Source: a bacterium
Lineage (GTDB): Bacteria > Hinthialibacterota > Hinthialibacteria > Hinthialibacterales > Hinthialibacteraceae
DNA length: 64,000 bases
Assembly (NCBI GenBank): GCA_963663405.2
Contig: CAXXSM010000021.1
Location: 1-64,000, forward strand
Direction of reading: 5' to 3'
Part shown: piece after piece, positions 1-9,691 of the stretch
Position numbering within the stretch: the first letter of the stretch is position 1
Layout: each line of letters opens with the position of its first letter
Program-made: the position numbers and the translations under genes
The notes under the pieces: model-generated
What the model saw: only the letters and a program-made list of their open reading frames with translations
Database searches by the model: none
What the model was told of the DNA's origin: nothing

Positions 1-2
1 AT

Positions 3-371
3 GTGACGTTGGGCCGTCTCGCCACGGTAGTGGCTTCACTCCTGCGGGGCAAGCACAAACCGATTTTCACTCCGTTTCTGGACACGGGCGATCATGTGAT
101 CATCGTCAATGCGGAAAAAGTGAAATTGACGGGAAAAAAACTCGATGATAAGAAGATGACCCATCATACGGGTTTTCCCGGTGGATTGAAACAAAAGCCC
201 TATCGCGAAGTGTTGGAGACCCGCCCTGAACGGGCGATCGAAAAAGCGGTCTGGGGCATGTTGCCGAAAAGTCGCCTAGGCCGGAAAATGATAAAAAAAC
301 TGCGTATCTATAAAGGCCCAGAACATCAACAGCAATCGCAGAAACCGGTCCCATACTCTATTACTAAATAA
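3..371 (+). CDS. rplM: 50S ribosomal protein L13 (5' end may lie before the window)
   Basis: [30 protein letters not shown] and GMLPK motifs; directly upstream of S9. Confidence 0.97.
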   Translation: MTLGRLATVVASLLRGKHKPIFTPFLDTGDHVIIVNAEKVKLTGKKLDDKKMTHHTGFPGGLKQKPYREVLETRPERAIEKAVWGMLPKSRLGRKMIKKLRIYKGPEHQQQSQKPVPYSITK

Positions 372-391
372 AGGAGAAACGCAAACTTCTC

Positions 392-787
392 ATGGCTACC
401 CAATATATTTCCTATGGCACCGGCCGCCGCAAAACATCCATCGCCCGCGTTTATTTGAAAGAAGGAACGGGTGATATCGTCATCAACGGGAAGAAATCCT
501 CCGATTATTTGATGCGGAAAACGTTGGAAATGGTCATCCAGCAGCCATTTGACGTGACGGAGACCAGCAGCAAATTCGATGTGTACGCCAATATCACCGG
601 CGGTGGATTGGCTGGACAAGCGGGCGCGTTGTTGCACGGCATCTCCCGCGCGCTGGTGAGTCTGGATGCCAAATACCGAATTTCGCTCAAAAAAGCGGGT
701 TTCCTGCGGCGCGATCCACGAATGGTGGAACGGAAAAAATACGGACAGCCGGGCGCGCGCAAACGCTTCCAGTTCTCCAAGCGTTAA
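392..787 (+). CDS. rpsI: 30S ribosomal protein S9
   Basis: [44 protein letters not shown]; AAGGAG RBS. Confidence 0.98.
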   Translation: MATQYISYGTGRRKTSIARVYLKEGTGDIVINGKKSSDYLMRKTLEMVIQQPFDVTETSSKFDVYANITGGGLAGQAGALLHGISRALVSLDAKYRISLKKAGFLRRDPRMVERKKYGQPGARKRFQFSKR

Positions 788-898
788 TCCGTTGCGGCCA
801 ATGGCCGAACGATATGATGATCGAAACGCAATGCACGGGAATTTCGTTACTTACGTCCCGTGCATCTTCTTGTTTAGAATTCATGTGAGAATAGCGCT

Positions 899-1272
899 AT
901 GTATGAGGTGACAGTCGCGCGTGAATTTTGTTCGGCCCATTTTCTTCGGGATTTCAAAGGGCCTTGCGCCAATATGCACGGTCATAACTGGAAAGTGGAA
1001 GTTCATTTCCGGGATTCTGAATTGGCGCCCAACGGGATTATGATTGATTTTCTCGTGATCGAACTCGCGCTGAACAGCCTGCTGGCTCGTTTGGATCATA
1101 GTGTCATCAATCATGTCCCTCCCTTCGATATCACGAATCCCACCGCTGAAAATCTGGCGAAGTGGTTTTACACCGAAATCGGCGCCGCGCTTCCCGATCG
1201 CGGCCCAAAACCTTCCCGCGTCACGGTGTGGGAAACGCCAACACCTCCGCTTCCTATTGGGAGGACGAATGA
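899..1272 (+). CDS. queD: 6-carboxy-5,6,7,8-tetrahydropterin synthase (one apparent indel near 3' end)
   Basis: FCSAHFL, C..MHGHNWKV, LDH, NPTAENLA, VWETP; restoring one base gives ...SASYWEDE* ending at TGA 1270-1272. Confidence 0.85.
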
Positions 1273-1908
1273 AGATTCTGAAATCTACCGGGGTATCCAA
1301 GGCGAATCGACGTTTACAGGATTTCCCTGTACCTTTATTCGGACAGCGGGGTGTAATCTCCGCTGCCAATATTGCGACACCGGCTATGCGCTGGAACCGC
1401 GAGCGGGGGAAGAGATGTCCCTCGACGCTATTTGAGAAAACACAAAAACTGGGTATCGATCTCGTCGAAATTACCGGTGGAGAACCCCTCGAACAGGAAG
1501 AGACGCCGGATCTCTGCTCACAACTTCTAAAATTAGGATCAACTGTGCTGATCGAGGACCAGTGGAGCGTATCGTATTGATACGCTTCCGGATGATGTGA
1601 TAACAATACTTGACATAAAAACCCCCTCCAGCCTCATGGAAGACCGGAACGAATGGGCCAATATGGAACTGCTGGATGAGAGAGATGAGGTTAAATTCGT
1701 GATCTGTGATCGTGACGATTTTGATTGGGCGCTCTCCATCTGCGACCGGTATAATTTATTAGGCCGGTTGACGGTTCTTTTCTCTCCCAGTTTCAATGAA
1801 CTCAAACCCCGTCAACTGGCGGAATGGATTCTGGAAACCCGCATCCCCATCCGCATGCAACTCCAGACGCACAAATACATCTGGGATCCCACCAGCCGGA
1901 AAATCTGA
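1269..1908 (+). CDS. queE: 7-carboxy-7-deazaguanine synthase (radical SAM), split by several indels
   Basis: IQGES, CNLRCQYCDT, ITGGEPL, DIKTPSS, EVKFVI and QLQTHKYIW spread over three frames; ATGA overlap with queD. Confidence 0.85.
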
Positions 1909-1959
1909 CAATTCACACAATTCTCACTTTTTTCACGACAAGGACCCTCCATATCGAGA

Positions 1960-2074
1960 GGGTGGCAAGGGCAAGGCGTTTTTCTGCCCTTGTATAATTC
2001 CTGTAAAGTAACACCAGGAACGGCAACGCCGCGCGGTGGCGGCTTTTAGATGAAAAACCTTGTCCTGGCCACCC
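1960..2074. repeat. Palindromic REP/MITE-like element, family B (with 27-bp insert)
   Basis: GGGTGGCAAGGGCAAGG...CCTTGTCCTGGCCACCC imperfect terminal IR; aligns with reverse complement of 41847-41931. Confidence 0.75.
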
Positions 2075-2103
2075 ACCAGACCTTAGTATATATGGGATTC
2101 TAC

Positions 2104-2672
2104 TCAGCCAGAAAATCTGATATTTATTACCCACATCGTTTCACGATCCAGGTCCAACATATCCGATCGCTGCCGTGTAATCCGATACACGGATAATCCC
2201 GCGATAATCGCGAGAACCACCGCCTGAACGGATTTTCTTTGCGCATATTTCGTAAACAAAAAGCAGGACAATCCAAGAATCGCGGCTTCCATCAAGAGCC
2301 ACGATATAAAAAATATGGTACCCGGCGCGCGGACAATATCGACAATGGTGATTCCATCCGGAATTGGTGGTTGTAAAAAAGGCCATAACCAGGGATTGAA
2401 ATCGGAATCGGCGATCAGATGCCCCATATGGCCGATAAAATAGGAAAACGCGATCCGCCTGCCAAAGAAATAATACGCAATGAAACACAGACGGCCATCC
2501 CCAACAGGCTGTGCATCATGTAGCGCCCATAGGGTGTAATGTGAAAGATGTCATCCAATGGTTTATCAATTAGATCGGGGAGCATCGCCCCCGCAATCAC
2601 AGGAATCCAATCAATATTGAAATAACGTTTGCCAAGAACGGCGTAAGCCAGATGTCCGGGAACGGGATACAA
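2104..2672 (-). CDS. Membrane metal-dependent hydrolase (YdjM-like), frameshifted
   Basis: GHLA, GAMLPDLIDKP, HSLL and GHLIAD motifs across ORFs 2415-2672 and 2104-2427. Confidence 0.7.
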
Positions 2673-2965
2673 TCAAAAGCCTCCTTCAAGATTGTTTCTC
2701 TACATTGTATCTCCCTAAGTCCATATTTGTCAGTATATTTGATCTGATTGAATTTTATTTCGTTTTTACATTATTTGACAATTTCTTATGGAATTTGATT
2801 GATTCTTCATTCTATAATAATCACGTAGATTGATTTTTGGTTGTCTATTTTATTGCATTCGCATATTGGCCATCGAATCAGCTTTCATTGCTGGTTGAGA
2901 GCAGGCAATTCGAACTATTGTTATATAACATTTACGAGTCGTTGAATAATGAAAAGGGAGAAATT

Positions 2966-3830
2966 ATGCATTCAACAACGTTCTCAAATCCTCATTTCTG
3001 TCTGTCATTTTCATTGGAATGTCTATCAACGCAGTATCGCAGAATATCAATACAGCCGAGAATTTTCCCGATCCGAATTTCCGCGCAGCCGTGGAGGAAT
3101 TCATGGGTGTGGCTCCCGGTGGGGAGATTCTGGAAGCGGACATTTCCAAAAAAGGGGGAATGTTCGATTGTTCCTCCCGTGGAATTGCCGATCTGACCGG
3201 TATCGAGCGGTTTCCCGCTATCAATACATTGGTCTGCTCGCAGAATCAATTGACCCGTTTAGATATCTCTCACAACAAATCCCTGACTGGTCTTTGGTGC
3301 AATGAAAACCACTTGCCAGCCTGAATGTATCCGGCGCCACGGCATTGTTGGAATTGGCTTGTGGAATGAATCAATTGACTTCTTTAGATGTCTCTCAAAA
3401 CACCCAATTAGCGCATCTGGGCTGCAGTTGGAACCGGCTGGCCAATCTGGATGTTACGAATAATCCTGCGTTATACGTTCTCGTGTGCGACAACAATCGA
3501 TTGATTGAACTGGATGTCTCAAAGAATCCAAAGTTGGCTTCTCTTGACTGCGGCAAGAACGAAATATCGGTTCTAAATGTGAGCCAGAATACTGCGTTGA
3601 AAACACTTGAATGTATTGATAATCAATTGACCAGCCTATCCAGTTTTATCGCGAACGAAGGGCTTAGGCGAAATGATTGGGTGGATGTCCGGTACAATTA
3701 CATCGATTGTGGTGTTCCAGAGGCCATTACGGGAGAACTCCAAATTCTAGCCGAACGGATAGGAGAAACTCTCCTTTATGAACCGCAGAAAGAATGTTTG
3801 ACAGCAGTGTTGGATTGGGGATTGTATTGA
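2966..3830 (+). CDS. Secreted leucine-rich-repeat protein with C-terminal AVLDWGLY tail, frameshifted
   Basis: AAGGGAG RBS; NFPDPNFR cap; LxCxxNQLTxLDVSxNxxL repeats in ORFs 3019-3324 and 3345-3830. Confidence 0.75.
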
Positions 3831-3948
3831 TTATTGGGAGTTCAAAGACGATCAGCGCAGTTTGACCGGCAGGCGCTATAGAAGGTGATTCTATTCGTCT
3901 TCTGAGGCCTTTTTCTTTTCTTTCTTTTTTTTCTTCTTCTTTTTTCGC

Positions 3949-4302
3949 TTATCGATATACCTCCTCGAAAGCTTCCGGTGTATCGAGTTCGATGTGATTG
4001 GTTTCCCAGCCTTCGTATTCGGTGTGGTAATCGCAGTTATCGGAGGAATACTCCTGGCACGTGATAGGGCGGTTTTCGTAGATCGAACACGATCCATCTT
4101 TGGCGAGATCCCGGCAGCGTGTTGGGAATTTTACCAGCCAGCGGTCCTCTTCGATCAGCAGCGTCACCCCCTCATGCAGCAAATACCATCGAATATCATC
4201 CCTCGCGCGTTTATTTGTTGGTTTATCGATTTCGACCGTGATATAATGACAACAGATCGCGCCGCATTTGGAGCAGAGAGAGTCTTCCCAATTCGATGAC
4301 AT
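3949..4302 (-). CDS. YkgJ-family cysteine-cluster (CxxCxxCC) protein
   Basis: CSKCGAICC ... C..L..DGSCSIYENRPITCQEY; may extend into a Lys-rich tail (to 3891) via an indel. Confidence 0.85.
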   Translation of the reverse strand: MSSNWEDSLCSKCGAICCHYITVEIDKPTNKRARDDIRWYLLHEGVTLLIEEDRWLVKFPTRCRDLAKDGSCSIYENRPITCQEYSSDNCDYHTEYEGWETNHIELDTPEAFEEVYR

Positions 4303-4445
4303 AGGCTTGTTCCGTTTCGTCTTAGATGATTCTTCTTGGATTCGGGAGAAATTCTCATTATTATATGGCGTTCGTCTTGATATACTAAGCGCTGACGATC
4401 CATTGGTTCCGGATAATCCGGATTCACATTGAAAGGGTTTGAGGG

Positions 4446-4703
4446 ATGATGAAACATTTATGGTTGATCGTAGTGGGCTGTTTAATTTTCTTCGCAGGCT
4501 GCGCCGGTTCAGGGGGAGTGCGTTCAGCGGGGGAATCGGTCGGCGCCGTCCTGCGCGCGCCAGTCGATCTCGTTACGGGTATCGGCCGCGGCCTCTCCGG
4601 AAGACGCTATACACCCGGACGCGCCTTCCAACAGAATTGGCAGACGGAGGAGCAAGATCCCGTCTTCTGGGAAAGCGACGCGGAATTCTTCTCCTCGCTC
4701 TGA
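4446..4703 (+). CDS. Small lipoprotein
   Basis: Hydrophobic signal ending in lipobox FAG-C. Confidence 0.55.
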   Translation: MMKHLWLIVVGCLIFFAGCAGSGGVRSAGESVGAVLRAPVDLVTGIGRGLSGRRYTPGRAFQQNWQTEEQDPVFWESDAEFFSSL

Positions 4704-4745
4704 TAGAACGTAACGGCGTATCCCAATCGATCCAAGGCGGCGAAT

Positions 4746-5774
4746 ATGCGGCTTCTCTTGTTCATCATTCTATTCTTGGCGATACATCCCTGCCTTGGAT
4801 ACACCCAGATTGAGCCGATACTTATTCTAGAAGATGAAAATTACTCAATCTACGATTTTAGTGTAGTAAGGTATTCACCGGATGGAAAGAAAATTCTTGC
4901 GGCGGCAGGCGGTCTCTCCATTCTTTGGGACGCCGATACGGGTGAAAGGTTGTTTTATTTTGATGAACACATGAGAGGAGAAAATCCGGGAGCAATATAT
5001 GATGGTGAATTTTCACGGGATGGAAAATTAATTGCCACGGCAGGCGCTACATTCCATGCCATAGTTTGGGAAGCGGAAACTGGAAAAATAGTACAAACTT
5101 TTAGTGAACCGACTCCTTACCCATATATCCCATTTTACGCCGTTGCTATCTCTCCAGATAATAAAAATATTCTTACTGCAGGTGAAAACATAAGCATGAA
5201 ACTGTGGGATATGGAAACAGGTAATATTGTAGATGATACAAAATTACATGGAGTTAGGAACATTACTTGGTTTCCTGATGGAGAAAGAGTTATAGCATAT
5301 GCAAGTACATATAGTAAAATATATTCTCTAAAAACAAAAGGAATTTTATTAAGTGTGCCAGGAAGTAGCACTCTTTCAAATGATGGCAAAGAATTAAGAG
5401 TCATCAAATGGTGGGTTGATGGAATGGATGTTTCAAATCAGTTAGAGCTATGGGATACAGATACATATGAGCTCATAAGAAAAGAATCTCCTTTTACAAG
5501 AACAATGGGAGAAAAAATAAGTGTTTCCCCGAATGGAAAACGAATATTGATTGGGAAATCAGAAGAATCAGCTAATCCAATAAGAATCGTAGATGTAGAA
5601 ACAGGATCAGTACTCCGGACATTAACACTTCCATCAAGTATTGAGAATAAAGAAACAGATTATCTCCAATTCTCCCCCGATGGAAATCGGGTGGCGATCG
5701 CGATTGGGGATAGGATTCTAATCTATGATGTAAGCGATCTTGGCGCCGCTGTCCAATGTGGCCGGCTCCATTAA
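4746..5774 (+). CDS. Secreted WD40/beta-propeller protein
   Basis: Signal peptide; repeated (F/Y)SPDGKxIxxA...LWDxxTG units; tail AAVQCGRLH. Confidence 0.85.
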   Translation: MRLLLFIILFLAIHPCLGYTQIEPILILEDENYSIYDFSVVRYSPDGKKILAAAGGLSILWDADTGERLFYFDEHMRGENPGAIYDGEFSRDGKLIATAGATFHAIVWEAETGKIVQTFSEPTPYPYIPFYAVAISPDNKNILTAGENISMKLWDMETGNIVDDTKLHGVRNITWFPDGERVIAYASTYSKIYSLKTKGILLSVPGSSTLSNDGKELRVIKWWVDGMDVSNQLELWDTDTYELIRKESPFTRTMGEKISVSPNGKRILIGKSEESANPIRIVDVETGSVLRTLTLPSSIENKETDYLQFSPDGNRVAIAIGDRILIYDVSDLGAAVQCGRLH

Positions 5775-5829
5775 TTGTCAAGAAAACCGAATGAATTTTT
5801 AATCTTTCGCTAACAGAACTGTAGAATAA

Positions 5830-5857
5830 TGAAACAATTAGCCGTCTGGATCGTATA
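5830..5857 (+). promoter_or_regulatory. ECF (SigW-like) promoter TGAAAC-N16-CGTATA
   Basis: Matches the SigW-type consensus TGAAAC-N16-CGTA, about 90 nt upstream of 5948; same -10 as the promoter upstream of the local ECF sigma gene. Confidence 0.55.
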
Positions 5858-5947
5858 GTTAGAGTGACGGCTCGAATGGGATTGAATCACTCATTCGGCT
5901 TGGTTGTATATGCTATTTGATCTTGCTCACGGCCGGGATTTTATTTT

Positions 5948-6370
5948 ATGCTCCAAAAAAAGAAAACCATCTACCTCTGCGGACCCATCATGGGGGAAGC
6001 GCATGGTCAAGCGGCGCAGTGGCGGGAAGAAGCGAAACGTGTGTTAGGGGACCAGTTCATTTTGCTAGATCCGATGCGCCGGGATTTCAAAGATTGCGAG
6101 GTCGACAGCGCCAACGAAATTGTTGAATTCGACCTCCAGGATATCCGGGATGCGGATATCCTCCTTGTCAATTACAGCAAAGCCAGCGTCGGCACGGCGA
6201 TGGAGGTGTTTTACGCCGCTCATGATTTAGGAAAATTCGTCGTGGCGTTCTCCCCCTTCCCCTATGCCGAATGCAATCCGTGGATGGTGAAATTCTGCAC
6301 GAAGATACTCCCCTCTTTAGAAGCTGCGCTGGACTATACTCTTAAAAACTTTCCACCATTGAAGGGATAA
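5948..6370 (+). CDS. Nucleoside 2-deoxyribosyltransferase-like protein
   Basis: IYLCGPI, DP, DLQDIRDADILLV, SVGTAMEVFYA. Confidence 0.8.
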   Translation: MLQKKKTIYLCGPIMGEAHGQAAQWREEAKRVLGDQFILLDPMRRDFKDCEVDSANEIVEFDLQDIRDADILLVNYSKASVGTAMEVFYAAHDLGKFVVAFSPFPYAECNPWMVKFCTKILPSLEAALDYTLKNFPPLKG

Positions 6371-6436
6371 GCAATGGTCTATAATACATTCAGCGTCTAA
6401 TAGCAAAGAGCATAGAGAAGGGTATAAGGATACATT

Positions 6437-8866
6437 ATGGAAACGAATTTACAAAAAGCGCGGATCGATCTGCACTGCCATTCCTGGGCATCCGATCGTC
6501 CCGCCCTCTGGCTCATGCAGCGCTTGGGGTGTCCGGAAAGTTATACCGCCCCGTCCTATGCGCGGGAAGCGGCGATGCAGCGCGGGATGGATTTTGTCAC
6601 CATCACCGATCACAACTCCATCGAGGGTGTCCGTGAAATCCAACACTACAATAACGTGATCGTGGGGGAAGAAGTCACAACCTACTTCCCCGGTGATGTG
6701 AAAGTCCATGTTGTCTGTTTGGATATCACAGAAGAGCAGCACCGCGAAATCCAAGATGTCCGTGAAGATATCCACGATTTTGTCCGGTATCTTAACGAAA
6801 ATGATATCCTTCATTTCTGCGCTCATCCCATGCACAGAGTGAATGGGCGTCTTACCTGGGATCATTTCGAAAAGATCCTGCTTCTATTCAAACATATCGA
6901 AATCCTGAATGGCTCCCGGCTGTTCAAACTCAATTTCGTCACAGAACAGATCGCCGCGAATCTGAAGGAAGAAGATATCGAACGGCTCTCCAATAAACAC
7001 GGAATCGATCCCATCGGCGAACGTCCATGGGAAAAATACGTTGTTGGAGGCACCGACGATCACAGCGGCCTGTTTGTTGGAACCTGCTGTACGGAAGTCC
7101 AAGTCGATCGAATGACCAAAGAAGGTCTTCTCGAAGGGATTCGCCTTGGCCGCACGCGGCCGGTTGGCGGCAGTGACGGCTGTTTGACACTCGCCCATCA
7201 AGTCAGCAGCATCGCCTATCAATACTATTGCAGCAAGATCGGTCCTGAATCGAGCGAACTGATTTATATTCTTGGACGGATCTTCGAACGCAAACAAAGT
7301 TTCCGTTTCAGCACCAAATTTCGTATACGCAAACGTTTAAAACGATTGATCAATTATTTTCGCAAACCCCGTGGCGCCAATCTGAATCTAATCGAAGAAA
7401 TCCGGGGTGTTATTTCCAGCAACAAAGCGTTGAAAACGCTCTTCAACGAAGGCGTCATGACACGCGAGGAATATAATGAGAACGTCTTCAATCTTCTTTC
7501 CGATGTTTTGGACGAGATGATTCTTCGCGTATCCGAAAAACCGCAGTTGCTCCACTATTTCATCATCTTCGCGCCTACAATTCTCGCGTCCTATTTCATG
7601 ACCTGCGGCAACCTTCACGTTGAGCATGATTTGATCAAGCGGGGCCGGGAATGGCTGGGGATTCAGCCAAAACCGAAAGCCGCCTGGTTCACCGATTCGT
7701 TTGTCAATATGGATGGCGTCTCGAAAACCTGCCGCGCGTTTCTCGAAGCCGCCCGGAAACGAGGTAAAGATCTGCAAATCATCACCTCGACCAGCACAGA
7801 TCTAAGTTCCTTAGAAAACGTCGTCAATTTCGAGCCGGTCAAAGAATTCCACACACCGGGTTATGAAAAAGTGATGTTATACGTCCCCTCCATTCTCAAA
7901 GTGTTGAAATACGTGGAGGATAATGATTTCGATTCGATCGTCGTCAGCACCCCCGGCCCCGTCGGAGTGATGGGATTGATCTGCGCCAAACTGATGCGGA
8001 TTCCCGTTCATGGGATCTATCATACCGATTTCCCCCGCATCGCGCTCCGTGTGTCGGGTGATCCGATGTTCGGTGAACTGGCTCTCTTGCTGACGCGCTT
8101 ATTCTACCGTTACGCCGACCGGGTGTTCTCTCCCTCCAAATGGTACTGCGAAGACATCCAGAATTTGGGGATTCCCAGCGAGCGGACGGAGATTCTCGAA
8201 CGGTGGATCGACGCGGAATTCTTCACACCCGCGCGCCGCGATGAATCCTATTGGAAGGCGGATGAGGAATGCAAACTCTTGTTCGTCGGGCGGATCTCGA
8301 AAGACAAAAACCTTGATTTACTGGTTCGCCTCTACGAGCGTCTCGCGCCGGAATACGATCAGTTAGTTCTGCACTGTGTGGGAGACGGGCCTTATTACAA
8401 AGAGTTGCGGAAGAAGACGTCATCCATGTCCCGCTTCATCATGACCGGCGGGAAATACGGTGAGGATCTGGCCAACGCGTACGCGTCGTCCGATCTGTTC
8501 GTCTATCCAGGATTGTTGGATACGTTTGGAAATGTTGTAATCGAGGCCCAAGCGTCCGGTTTGCCTTGCGTGGTAATGAACGAAGGCGGTCCACAGGAGC
8601 TGATTCTCCCCAATGAAACCGGTATTATCAATTCTTCGGAGGAAGAATTCATCGATGCGGTGGAGAAACTCATACAAGACACCCCACGCCGCAAGGCGAT
8701 GGGGATGCGGGCCGCGGAACACGCCGCGGAACGTTTCGCTGAAGAGCGGATCTTCTCCGGTTTCTGGGATACGATCACGCAAACGAAATACGAATCCAAA
8801 TCTAAATCTTCATGCAATTTCGCGTTTGATCGAAATCAACCAAAGGTTGTTAACCTCAACGCATAA
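6437..8866 (+). CDS. PHP-domain / GT4 glycosyltransferase fusion
   Basis: N-terminal DLHCHS, ITDHN, AHP, GGTDDH; C-terminal FTD..DGV, LFVGRISKDKN, DTFGNVVIEAQASGLP. Confidence 0.88.
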   Translation: METNLQKARIDLHCHSWASDRPALWLMQRLGCPESYTAPSYAREAAMQRGMDFVTITDHNSIEGVREIQHYNNVIVGEEVTTYFPGDVKVHVVCLDITEEQHREIQDVREDIHDFVRYLNENDILHFCAHPMHRVNGRLTWDHFEKILLLFKHIEILNGSRLFKLNFVTEQIAANLKEEDIERLSNKHGIDPIGERPWEKYVVGGTDDHSGLFVGTCCTEVQVDRMTKEGLLEGIRLGRTRPVGGSDGCLTLAHQVSSIAYQYYCSKIGPESSELIYILGRIFERKQSFRFSTKFRIRKRLKRLINYFRKPRGANLNLIEEIRGVISSNKALKTLFNEGVMTREEYNENVFNLLSDVLDEMILRVSEKPQLLHYFIIFAPTILASYFMTCGNLHVEHDLIKRGREWLGIQPKPKAAWFTDSFVNMDGVSKTCRAFLEAARKRGKDLQIITSTSTDLSSLENVVNFEPVKEFHTPGYEKVMLYVPSILKVLKYVEDNDFDSIVVSTPGPVGVMGLICAKLMRIPVHGIYHTDFPRIALRVSGDPMFGELALLLTRLFYRYADRVFSPSKWYCEDIQNLGIPSERTEILERWIDAEFFTPARRDESYWKADEECKLLFVGRISKDKNLDLLVRLYERLAPEYDQLVLHCVGDGPYYKELRKKTSSMSRFIMTGGKYGEDLANAYASSDLFVYPGLLDTFGNVVIEAQASGLPCVVMNEGGPQELILPNETGIINSSEEEFIDAVEKLIQDTPRRKAMGMRAAEHAAERFAEERIFSGFWDTITQTKYESKSKSSCNFAFDRNQPKVVNLNA

Positions 8867-8968
8867 CCAAGTCTCTCGATTACCATACTTTCCAAATTCT
8901 AACCGATACTTTGTTGTTTATCTTCCGTTATTTAATTATTCTACAATTAAAAGAATCGGATTGTATCG

Positions 8969-9691
8969 ATGGGTATGCGTTTTTTGCGAAAATATAGCTT
9001 GGAACTAATCGCCGCGGCGATCGTTCTTATCATTTTATTGTGCGTCATGTTCCCTCGTTTCCAACAAGCGCAGATCCTCCATCAAGTCGCCCACGCCCGC
9101 GCCGATCTCGCCCGTATCGGAAGAGCGATGATCGCTTACCGTCTCAATCAAGGGGCGCCGCTTCAATTCGTGAGTATTGAGCAAGGAACAGGTGGAACGC
9201 AAACAAAACCATATAGTATTGATTGCGCTGTCAATATTGCGGCTGAAATAAATAACGCGACAACGAAGAATGGTTCTAGATCAAGGATTCATAATTTACT
9301 GCGTCCGAATCTGCCCTCAAACGCCCTTCTTCCGTATATCGGTTCCTACCCCATTCCCTTTATGCCGCTTAAAACAGAACGGGATCATATTCAAGAAAAA
9401 ATGTATTTAGCGTTTAATTATGAGTGGGGAAGGAAATCCGGCTTATTAACAAGACAATATTCTTATCTAACATCTCTCGCTTCCTCTTTGAATCCAAATG
9501 CCAAGAATTCCGAATATGTTGGATTTTCCGCCGGTCCATATCTAGAGATCCACCCATTAATGAAAGAAGTAAAACCGGATATATTTGGTGGATTTCATCC
9601 TGAATATTACGATCCCTACGATCCATCCAACGGTATCATGAGTCACGGCTTCCTTTATTATCTATCCCCACCCGCAGGATCGGTTCAATGA
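8969..9691 (+). CDS. Pilin/pseudopilin-like protein with atypical N-terminus
   Basis: SLELIAAAIVLIILLCVMFPRFQQAQ helix; C-terminal SAGP...YDPSNGIMSHG. Confidence 0.7.
   Translation: MGMRFLRKYSLELIAAAIVLIILLCVMFPRFQQAQILHQVAHARADLARIGRAMIAYRLNQGAPLQFVSIEQGTGGTQTKPYSIDCAVNIAAEINNATTKNGSRSRIHNLLRPNLPSNALLPYIGSYPIPFMPLKTERDHIQEKMYLAFNYEWGRKSGLLTRQYSYLTSLASSLNPNAKNSEYVGFSAGPYLEIHPLMKEVKPDIFGGFHPEYYDPYDPSNGIMSHGFLYYLSPPAGSVQ

Noticed and set aside
899-1435. Apparent QueD-QueE fusion ORF
   Set aside because: It arises from indels. The natural queD stop and queE start (ATGA at 1269-1272) are visible in other frames, and queE has further shifts.
3891-3950. Poly-Lys/T-rich tract as a separate element
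   Set aside because: It is most likely the basic C-terminal tail of the YkgJ protein, displaced by an indel.
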